In this document: piece after piece, positions 38,207-49,339 of the stretch | How the letters are laid out: each line of letters begins with the position of its first letter | Position numbering within the stretch: the stretch's first letter is position 1 | NCBI GenBank assembly: GCA_043228905.1 | Contig: JBHGNT010000010.1 | Span: 17,236,001-17,300,000, forward strand | DNA length: 64,000 nucleotides | Reading direction: 5' to 3' | Source: Azolla caroliniana | Lineage: Eukaryota; Plantae; Polypodiophyta | Position numbers and translations under genes: made by a program | The notes under the pieces: generated by a model | Told to the model about the DNA's origin: nothing | The model's input: only the letters and a program-made list of their open reading frames with translations | The model's database searches: none

Positions 38207-38776
38207 GCTCGTTTCTATTTGCAACCAAATCATAATTAGGCATGGCGAGGAAATCCCGGATAATGACGGTGTAGGACACGTTCTGAATGGCGCATGCGAT
38301 CTGCACTGTTCAATCTCTATCCACAAAAAGTGTGCACCTAAAACCCCAACCCGGGTCTGACGATCCTCTGTCACATCTAACCTGGCTCTGACAATCGAAT
38401 CTGTCACATCAAATCCGGGTCTGACAATCGGATCTATCACGTCTAACCTGGCTATGACAAGCCTCTGTCACACTGACTCTGACAAGCTATTCTATACCAC
38501 CTAAACCTAACCCGAGTACATGAACCTAACCCAGGTACCTAAACCTAACCCGGGTACCCGACTGAAATTTAGGGACCATTGTTTAAAAAAGATGCCAAGA
38601 TTACTCAAAAATATCAAAAACTTTTTCAAAAATACAAAATTGCACGATGTTACATATAAAAATAACATGACGTAATGTAATAAAAAACTATGAGATCAAG
38701 GCTCTTGTTCAAAGGATGGCAAGACACACCCACATTTTTTGCAGCAATTTGCATTGGAGTCTTTGTCAATGTTAAA

Positions 38777-41700
38777 TGTTGAGAGACAAGCTCGACATTG
38801 GCCGGATCGGCTGAGCAAGCCGAGGACCGGATCGGTTGGAAACCGGTACGTAGACCGATGCGTAGGAAGGCCGGATCGGTGCAGAAACCGGGAGGCCATC
38901 AAAAAGATATTCCACAAGGAATATATTTGGGAGTCAGTGTAGGGGCTCCTTAATGAGCATTGAAGTACTATCGGTACTTCTGTCAGTCCGAAAAGGACTT
39001 GTATAAAAGTGTTCATTGAACACACATGATGTACAGATCGAGTATTATTTTTGAATTAAGTTCTTGTGTTTACTCTCTCTCTATCTCTCCCGTGCATACT
39101 ATGCAAACCTAAGCTTTCCATTAAACCTGCGTTTTCTGTTGTTCGGTTTCCTATATTGCTTCCGCATGCCATTCTTTTCATGGTATCAGAGTGCGAGGGT
39201 TGAGAACCTCTGCAGTCGACTTTGCTTGAAGGAAAAACCAATGAAGAAGAACAAGAAAACCGATGGACAGAGGAATGGCTAGCTCGCTTTCGTCGGAGAA
39301 GCTCGACAGAACCAAGCACGCATCTTGGTCCTACAAGATGCACCAATACCTGCTCGGACACGGTTACTGGAGTTATGTCGATGGAGCAAATGACACAGCA
39401 CCCAATTCGACACACAAAGACTTCCCGGCGTGGGAACAATCGGCGAGCAGAGTGTTGTACTGTTTCGCATCTTATGTGGGCGAACAGCTATTAAGCTACA
39501 TTCGGGATGCAAAAACGCCGAAGGGTGCGTGGGAAAATCTGAAGAAGATCTTCGTCGCGAGCACCACAGCCAGGAAGCTTCAGCTCCTACAGGAGTTGAG
39601 CAACCTATGACAACATGATTTGTAGGTGGCTGACTATACCTCGAAGATCAAGGACATATGCAACTCCTTAGCTTCCATCGATGTGAACATCAAGGAAAGC
39701 GAGATGGTCCAGGTTTGTCTCAGGGGTTTGGCGTCAAAGTTCGGAACGTTCCGAACTACTATGTGTACACGGGAGAATACGTCGTCGTTTTTCGACTTAC
39801 AATCTATGCTCCTTATAGAGGAGAACCACGCGGGTGCGTCGACAAGCACGCATGCCGACAACAAGATGTTGTACACGGAGGGAGATAGGCCCCGTGGTCG
39901 TGGCAGACGAGGCGAGTCGGTACACAATGGAGGCGGCCGACGAGATCAAGGAAGAAGGCACTGAAGTGATGCTGACAGCAATTCCGGACCCTCCGGAAAC
40001 AGGGGGAGTCAAGGCGACGAGAACCAGCAAGGGAAATCCGCCGCGGAATGCTGGTACTGTGGCAAGAAAGGCCACAGGGAGAGCAAGTGCTGGAAAAAGA
40101 GCGCTGATTTGGAGAGAACCGGGTCCAGAACAGGTTCCGGACAGACCGACAAAGGAAATCGGCAACGATCGCACTATGTCGAAGGATCTGGAGAAGCCGG
40201 AAAAGGGTCAGTCTTCATGACGAGACACGAAGCAAACTCAATGAAGAAGATCACCCCAAAGTCGGAGGAGGTGTGGTACATCGACTCTGGCGCGTCAAAC
40301 CACATGACGTGCCACGAGGAGTGGTTCTCATACCTTGAGAAACTGACGCAACCAAGAGTAGTCGCAACTGGAGACAACACTCCGCATCTGATCGCGAATG
40401 TCGGTGAAATTCCCTTGAGCCATGTCGGGCAGAAAGGGAAACTTATGAACGTGTTACATGTCCCGACAATCACGAAGAATTTGGTGTCAGTCGAGCAGAT
40501 CGTCGACCAGGGGATGTAGGTTCGGTTTACACACCTCGGGTGCTTCATTGAGGAAGAAGGCCGTGTTATTGCGCAAGGGCGTAGAGATGGGAGGATGTTC
40601 ATCCTCGACTCTACTGACGGTGGCACCGCTGTCGTGATGTGGCGTGCTCGAGAGTGGGAAAAACCGGCGAAAGGGGAGTCAAAATGTGCATGTGCAATGT
40701 GTGTGCACACAAAGGCGATTAATTGTGCATATGCAAAATAAAAAGGAAAATAAAGGGTGGAAAGGAGGTATAGAAGCTTGTGCAAAAAGTAAGAGAGAGG
40801 AGAGATAAAAGGTAAAGGGGAGAAAGGCTATGAATTTATAGATATAGAATTATATATTATATAAGAGACAGTTAGTGGGCTAGTGGATAGTCACATTGAC
40901 CATTAGCTGGAGGTCCACGGTTTAAATCTAGTCATACAATGTAGTTTGATTTAAGGAATTTTATTCCTTTTTTTCCTATAAAAGGAGGTCGAGGGGGGCT
41001 CATTCGGGAGGACGTTTTGGGAGGAGGAGACTATTGCCAATTTTCTTTCGAAGCTCTTCATCTTCTTATTCACCACTTCTCTTCATCTCATACCCTTGCA
41101 TCCCCCCATCGCCATATGCTCATCTTCTTTGCGTCAGCACTCGAAGTGCTCGTGAGCCCAAGCTTCGTTGGTTCGTCGTTGCGAGCCCGTGTGCTCGCCG
41201 TTCGGGTGGTCGTGGTTCGTTGGGATTGGCATTTTGGTGGTGCTCGTGTGTTCATCTTCGCCATGTTCGGATTTGCTTTCGTCTCTAAGTTGCCATTGTA
41301 AACAAAACCCTATTTTATAAAGGGTCCTCTTGTGTTGGAATTGAACACGTATTTATCTCTTTGGTTGATATCATTTGTGCTTCTTTCTCTCCTTCTTTCT
41401 TTATTCGTGTCTTCCTTGTACGTTCGGTCGTCTTGTGACGAGGGAGCGTTTCGGGTGTGCCCATGTACCTCTCCTCCTCATAAAGGCGTACGAGCATTTG
41501 TGCGTGTGTTTGTGTCTTCCGTGTACGTTCAGCCATCTTGTGACGAGGGACCATTTCAGTGTTCGGGAGCCTCATCTATCTCACAATCACTCGATCCGAC
41601 CTTAGCTATCCAGTCGGACTCCTTAGCCAATTCATGCAAACTCCGTGAGATATCCATTTTGATTGCGCTAAGAGATTATTACGATACATAAGCGGCACAA

Positions 41701-41923
41701 TGGATTACGACATTCTCTACGCATCGGCCACACCAATTCGACTCAAAGGGTACATGGATGCTGACTAGGCTGACTACAAAGCTGATCGAAGGTCGACCTC
41801 CGGATTTGTCTTGTCGCTTGGTAGCGGAGCAATATCTTGGAGTAGTAAGAAGCAGCCTATCGTCACACTTTCGAATACAAAGGCCGAATACAGGGGTGCA
41901 ACTATAGCTACATGTGAAGTTGT
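38777..41923 (+). mobile_element. Truncated Ty1/Copia (second family): 5' LTR, gag-protease, then RT end/RNase H
   Basis: LTR 38777-39180 (TG..CA), PBS TGGTATCAGAG at 39181, gag with CWYCGKKGH knuckle, WYIDSGASNHM protease, and [21 protein letters not shown] at 41680-41923. Confidence 0.88.
40630..41686. mobile_element. Probable solo LTR of another retrotransposon
   Basis: Starts TGTCGTGA and ends TTACGATA (imperfect terminal inverted repeat); TATA-like CCTATAAAAGG at 40975; non-coding; internal ~55-bp duplication; no TSD. Confidence 0.6.
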
Positions 41924-44900
41924 TGTTAGGATTTCGGTCCCTCCGGATGGGATGATGAAGACCCACTGAGAACCGGATGATGAGTACCTGGCAAGGAAGA
42001 ACCAGTGAGAACCGGATGATGCAGGCCCCGTGAGAACCTCTCACCGGATGAAGGGACATATAGGTAAATATGTTTCTGAGAGCCCATTGGGGCTATATTT
42101 GTAAATATTCCTAATGTCATATTAGTATAAATATGACCTAGGGCAAACACTTATGTGTTGTTGGTTATTCTTTGTATTGTTGTTGTAACTGCTGTACAGA
42201 GAGAGAGAGAGAGAGATACAAAGCGATTCTCTGTTGTAACCGCCGCCAGGCGAAGAGAGTGAGCACGAGGTCGTTGCCTCTGTGTCCCCCTATTGTATTC
42301 TTCTAGACATAGTGATAGTTTGGAGCTAGTGGGCTCCCGTGGTTTTTCCCGTTTAGGGTTTTCCATGTAAACATCCTATGTACTCTCTCTTGTTCTATTG
42401 TTTGTGTGTATACGTCCATTGCTTCCTATTCCCATCTTTCTGTGGTTGATCCTAGACTCGGTTGTGGCCGAGCCATATTCTGCATATTTCTCGTCAATCT
42501 GGTATAAGAGCGAACAACACAAAAAATGGAAGAATCGTTCGGCGGCATGTTCAAGCTCACCGGCTCCAACTACTCAGTGTGGAAGTCGAAGATGAGGGAC
42601 ATGCTCGTGGTGAAAGATCTTTGGTTGCCGGTTCAGTTCGGGGACAAGAGACCAGACAAGATCGACGCCACGGTGTGGGAGGTGATGCACATGAAGACGA
42701 CGGCATACATCCGGTGCTTCATCGACACGAGCCTGTACAACAACTTCAATGAAGAGAGTAAGGCTCATGAGCTCTGGGAGAAGATTGGCATTATGTTCCA
42801 GAACAAAAATATCGTTAATCGGGTTTCGGTATTCCGGAAGCTAGTGAGGCTCCGGTACCAAGATGGCTCCAGTATGGCAGAGAACATGAATGTCTTCCAG
42901 GGGCTGATACACCAAGCAACCTCGTTGGAAGTACCTCTCGCCGATGAGGTACTTGCTTTACTCCTACTTGGTTCCCTCCCGGATAGCTGGGAGACATTAG
43001 TTGTCACGTTGGGCAATGCTGGGCCGGAAGGAAAACAACTATCCCTAGCAAGAGTCAAGTCGAGCTTGCTAGATGAAGAGGCGCGTCGGAAAGACAAGGA
43101 TATGAGCTCCGACTCCAAAGCACTCCTTACCGAATCAAAACGCGGAAGACAAAGGAACCGTAGTTCCCAGAACCGGGAAAAGTCAGGGACACTGTCAAAG
43201 TCAAGGGGGAGGCCTACTTGCTTCTATTGCGGCAAGCCGGGACACTTCCAAAAGAACTGTCAGCATTTCCGAAAAGACAAGGAAACCGACAGTGCAAATT
43301 CGAAGTGGCCACTGGACCGGAACGGTAAAGACCAGAGGGAACCGGACTGGAAGGGAACAACGGCAATCGCGGCAAGTGAAGAAGAGTTGATGCTCATCAC
43401 CGAGGAGAGTGAGTTGAACCTTGCCGGCGACGAGACAACGTGGGTTGTCGATTCCAGAGCGTTGTTCCACCTGACCCCAGACCGGAAATGCTTCTCTTCC
43501 TACACAACCGGTGATCACGGTTGTGTCCGGATGGGGAATGAAGGTACATGTTGAATTGTCGGCATAGGAGACGTGTGGTTGACAACACCAATCGGATGCA
43601 AGTTGTTGCTGAAGCATGTCTGACACGTTCCGGAGGTTCGACTGAATGATGAAGGCCACACGGGTAGCATCCGGAATGGAGTCATGAAATTCAACAAAGG
43701 GAGCCTGATAATGGCTCGGGCCCGGAAAGTCAACACATTGTACCTGATGAATGCATGGATATGTCGGGAAGAAGTGAACGTGGCATCTGACACTGCCGGT
43801 GAGTTGTGGCACAAGAGACTGTGTCACATGAGCGAGAAGGGGATGAGGAGGCTTGCCGATGACAATCTCATTCCGGTGAAGGATGTGCATCTTGAGAGGT
43901 GCACTGACTGCCTGGCCGGTAAGCAAAATCGGACCTCCTTCCGATTGAGGCCAACGATGAGACGTAATGCACCACTGGAGTTGGTGCATACCGATGTGTG
44001 TCAAGTGGACACGAAGTCACATGTCGGATCGCAGTACTTCGTGACATTCATAGACGACCACAACCAGAAGTTGTGGGCCACACCGTTGAAGATGAAGGAT
44101 CAGGTGTTATTTGTCTTCAAGGAGCTCCACGCAAGAGTGGAAAGAGAAACCGGCCGGAAGCTGAAGGTGGTTTGAGCAGATAACAGAGGAGAATACCGGG
44201 GGCAGTTCGAGGAGTTCTACCGCTCGAAGGGAATCCGGCTTGAATTTACCATGCCGAAGACGCCGGAACTAAACAGGTTGGCCGAGAGGATGAACCGGAC
44301 CATAATGGTGAGGGTCTGGAGTATGCTAGCACATGCAAAATTACCCAAGACATTTTGGGCTGAGGCGTTGTCGACACCGACGTATGTGATAAACAGATCA
44401 CCCTCAGTACCCTTGGATGGAGACACGCCACAGAGAGTGTGGACCGGTAAGGAAGTGTCTTACCGACATCTGAAGGTGTTCGGGTGTCTCGCTTACGTGC
44501 ATGTTGCAAAGGACCGGAGAGCAAAGTTGGATCCAAAGTCCCGGCCTTGCATATTCCTCGGATACGACGATGATGAGTTCGGCTACCGAGTGTGGGATCC
44601 GGTCGACAAGAAGGTTTTCCGGAGTCGAGATATTATCTTCATGGAGGACAAGACCCTTGCTAACTAGGAGTCGGAGAAGAAGATAATGAACTTTGAGTTG
44701 ACCGGTAAGGATCGGTTCGATGAGATACGGACCTACCCGGCTAAGAGCCGGTTGACACCCGAAGAACAGGCCGGTTACGGAGAGGAAACCGAACCGACCG
44801 AAGAAGAAGAAGAAGTAGAAATCGGAACCGGCCAAGACCCCGAATCGGATTCGGATGAAGAACAAACAAAGGAGTCGGTTGCGAAACCCAAGGACGCAGA

Positions 44901-46530
44901 TATCCTCTCAGAGAGAAAAGGCCCCCCCGGAGATTTCCGGATGTAGAGCGCGTGTTGCTAACCGATGAGGGGGAGCCGGAAAGCTTTGAAGTAGCAAAGG
45001 AGGACGCCCACAGCCGCAAGTGGTTGAGTGCCATGCAAGACGAGATGGATTCCCTGCATGAGAACCACACGTATGAACTGGTGGAGTTGTCGAAAGGAAA
45101 GCGGGCACTCCCGAATAAGTGGGTGTACAAGTTGAAACCAGGAGATGCCGGCAACCCCCCAAGGTACAAAGTCAGGATCGTGGTGAAGGGGTTCCAGCAA
45201 AAGAAGGGAGTGGACTTCGACGAGATATTTGCCCTGGTAGTAAAGATGACTTCCATCCTGACGGTATTGAGCATAACGGAGAACCACACGTATGAACTGA
45301 TGGAGTTGCCGAAAGGAAAGCGGGCACTCCGGAAGAAGTGGGTGTACAAGTTGAAACCGGGAGATGCTGGCAACCCCCCCAAGGTACAAAGCTAGGATCA
45401 TGGTGAAGGGGTTCCAACAGAAGAAGGGAGTGGACTTCGACGAGATATTTGCCCCGGTAGTAAAGATGACTTCCATCCGGACGGTATTGAGCATAGCGGC
45501 AAGCATGGATCTCGAGGTAGAGCAGTTAGACGTGAAGACGACGTTCCTTCACGGTGACCTTGAAGAGGAGATCTACATGCAGCAACCGAAAGGATTTGTG
45601 AAGAAAGGGAAGGAGCACATGGTTTGCCAGTTGAAGAAGAGCCTATATGGACTAAAGTAGGCTCCCCGGCAATGGTACCGGAAGTTCGACTCCTTCATGA
45701 TGGATCAAGGATACCACAAGACGTAGGCCGATCACTGCGTATTTGTGAAGAAGCTTGAAAGCGGAGACCTCTTGATATTGCTCCTATATGTGGACGACAT
45801 GTTGATCGTCGAACAAGACCAAGCGAAGATTTGGATGCTGAAGAAGGCCCTTAACCGGACCTTCTCAATGAAAGACTTGGGTCCGGCAAGACAGATACTG
45901 GGGATGCATATCATCTGGGACCAGTCAAAGAAGCAATTGTGGCTGTCACAAGAGAAGTACGTGACAAAGGTGCTTCAGTGATTCAACATGTCAGATGCGA
46001 AACAAGTTGGATCGACACTCTCGGGAAACTGTAGGTTATCCGGTAAGCAAAGCCCGAAGACGAAGGCAGAGAAGGCGGATATGATGAAGATACCATATGC
46101 CTTTTCCATCGGGAGCTTGATGTACGCAATGGTGTGTACCCGATTAGATATCGGATACGCAGTCGGAGTGGTGAGCCGGTTTATGAGCAATCCCGACAAG
46201 GAGCACTGGAATGCGGTAAAATGGATACTCCGGTACTTGAAAGGCACCTCAAGTATGTGTCACCGATTCGGCTCCGATAAACCCCAACTTGACGGTTTCA
46301 CCAATTTGGATATGTCGGCTGATGCGGATACCAGCCGGTCAACATCGGGATATGTTATGACATATGTAGGGGGAGCTGTTTCGTGGCAGTCGAGGCTGCA
46401 AAAGACGGTTGCGTTGTTAACCACGGAAGCGGAGTACATGGCGGCTGTGGAAGCCGGCAAGGAAATACTATGGATCAAGAACTTCATCGAAGAGCTAGGG
46501 ATTCGGCAAAAGGAATACCAGCTCTATTAG
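41924..46530 (+). mobile_element. Ty1/Copia, same family as 11648-16018, lacking the 3' LTR
   Basis: LTR 41924-42496, mutated PBS TGGTATAAGAG at 42500, gag 42526-43554, integrase, RT with LLLYVDD, RNase H start; ends abruptly at a Gypsy fragment. Confidence 0.93.
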
Positions 46531-48640
46531 TGTCTCTCAATCCATGAGCTTCTCGCTCTCAAGGCCACCAACCTTCCATCTTGCATGTGCACTCCACCCA
46601 TGGCATAATCGGATGCATCTGTATGAAGCTCAAAGGGCTTGTCAAAGTCGGGTAGTGCCAAACATGGCACCGTGCACAATGCCTCTTTTAAGGCATCAAA
46701 AGCACAAGCACACTTGTCACACCAAAACCACTTTTTTCCACTTTTAGTAAGGTTAGAGAGAGGAGTAGAGAGACAAGCAAAACCATCAATAAACACACGA
46801 TAGAAGGATTCACTAAACCAAGGAAAGAACGAACATCGGTTACCGAACGTGGTGTAGGCCACTCCTTGATTGCACGGAGTTTTTTCCTCTTCTGGTTGTA
46901 TCTCACCACAAGCTATTTTGAAGCCAACAAAGTACACTATTTCCACACAAAAGTTGCCCTGGCAAATGAAGCACTCAAGCTTCCTTCCCACGGTAGCATC
47001 CTCAGGCTTGAAGGGATTCGCATTCGTAGTCTTCTTAGAGGGAGACTCCTTTGCAACATTTTTGCCATAGTTGAGGGGGCGAGATCCACCTTCTTACGAA
47101 TTAGAAGCGGCCACCTTCTTGAAGGGACGAGTATTATGTGCCTTCAAATTTGGAGGACCCCTCTTTTCTTTCCCTTTGCCATCGGAGGAGCCACCTTGAG
47201 GATGTCAATCAGTGAGGCGATCCGCCGCTTCATAAGAGGCCGCAAGAGTTGTTATATTTTGTTGGTGGAGCTCGTTTTGAGCCCACTCCTTCAAACGGTT
47301 GGTAAATGCAAAAAAACGATCTTCTTCTCCCATGGAGGGGATTTGTAACATAAGAGCACGAAAGGATTTAATATAATCCGTGATATGCCCCATGTGATGA
47401 AGTAGGTCAAGTTGTTGTCGAGCCTTCCACTCGGAATTAGAAGGAATAAATTGTTTGTTGAGAGCTTCCTTCAATTCTTCCCATGTATTCAGGGCATGGG
47501 ACCCTTTCATTGAATGTTATCATTGATGAAGTTGCGCCACCATAGCTTAACGTCCCCGGCCAAGAAGGTGGAGCAATGGAAGACACGATCCGCCTCATTG
47601 AGGATACGAGTGACTAGGAAGAATTGCTCGCAATCCCAAATGAAGTTCTCTAAAACTTGGGCATCTCGAGCTCCATTGTAGCTTTCGGGTTCACGAGGCT
47701 TCACACGTAGAGCTTCGTTGGCGTGTCAAGCCAATTCTTTTCCCACATCATTCTTGGCACGAGACTCTTTCGCAAGTAGGCGTACCAACTCCACATTCGT
47801 GTCGATGAGGCGAGCACTAAGGTCCCCGACCATAGTGATAAGATTGTCGGCTTCACTTTCGAGTAAGGCCACTCTCATCTCAAGTTCCTTAATGTGTGGA
47901 AAAAGGTTTCAAGGAGGTTTTATAGGAACCTCCTCTGAGGCCGATGACATAGTTGTCGGGTTGGAAGTAACGAAGGCATTCAGAGCCGCTTCCATGGTTG
48001 GTGCATCCATATTTCATGCACACACATTACTTTGAATTCACGATTCCCACAAGTCGCAAGCGTAATCGGAGCGAGTTTGCTTTGATACCATGTTACACCA
48101 CCAAAATTTTTGAGATAAGGGTGGATCACCGATCAGTTCGAACTCGCGTGCCGACGCTCTTCGTCTACGAGAATCAATTACTACAAAAGAGAAATTAGTC
48201 GGATCCCCCCAACTACCGCCCAACCATTCCCTGTCCAGCTTAAATAGAAGATCCTCCTTCATTCTCTTGTCAATCCCCCCATATGGGACATGAGTACCTT
48301 ATGGTAGTGAGTGCACTATATCTAGAGAGACTCTATCCATCATATAGATATTAGATTATTGAGAACACTCTAGAGAGATTCCATCCCTCACATAGGTATT
48401 AACTTATTGAGTGCACTTTTGAGAGATCCCATCCCTCACATTGCACTTTGGCAATGGTACACAAGCACCTTGAGTCATGGGTGTCTTCTCCATCCATCGA
48501 GAAGACTTAGAAGCCCACGACTCTTACCTCGAGTCATGGGCATCTTCTCTATCTGTTGAGAAAGGCCCTCACCTCAATCCGTCGAGGTGGTGTGTTGCGG
48601 TTCCAATTATGGAACCCCTCAACACATCGGATGTGTTACA
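46531..48640 (-). mobile_element. Truncated, internally deleted Ty3/Gypsy (chromovirus-like, Met PBS)
   Basis: LTR 48091-48640 (TGTAACAC..GGTGTAACA on minus), PBS TGGTATCAAAGC at 48079-48090, gag (PREPESYNGARD, TWEELKEAL), then RT end and RNase H (LALPDFDKPFELHTDASDYAMGG). Confidence 0.88.
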
Positions 48641-49339
48641 CACCATAACCCCCAAAACCTCAAATAAATCAAAACAATTTTTTGAACTTGTGTAAAGCCC
48701 CATGAAAAGGTTTTTAAGAATATGAACTTCCAAAATTATGTTGTGATGAGACACAATAAAAATCAATACCAACTAGGTTCTACCACAACCATACAAAATA
48801 AACATGTCCCATCATCAATATTTCTCCTTTTCAAAGCATATCCAATTGGAAAACCATTGATCATAATCTTCCATATAAATATCTTTGCTTTAAAATTAAG
48901 ATGAGATGAGATGGGTGGGTTTACCAAGATAAGAACTAGCCATTATAAAGCCAACATTTGTCATAACTTATCCCAAATGCTTTCATAAATTCTAAGTATA
49001 TGTAACATTAACCTTACCACCTAGAAAACCATCAAAATCCATTGTGAACCTCCAACTTGCCATCTTGGATTGTAATTAAACCTAACCTAGCCATCATATG
49101 GAAAGTTAAACTTAAAGAGCAATTACCCTCCCTTGATCATACAACCTCCTTTAAGTTCTTTTGCACGTTAAATAAGAATTGATTTCTCACATTTTAAATA
49201 ATAAAGCAACAACAAACAAATGCCACACTTTCATATCTTTCTTAACAATTTCTAAATTTGCCCTGAAAAACATAATGTGATCATCATCTAATGCTTGAAC
49301 AACACAAGAATTTCTTAACGGTAACAATAATACTTCATT

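Noticed and set aside
37994-38440. ORFs rich in YIHT/MYVC
   Set aside because: Translations of the (TATG)n microsatellite.
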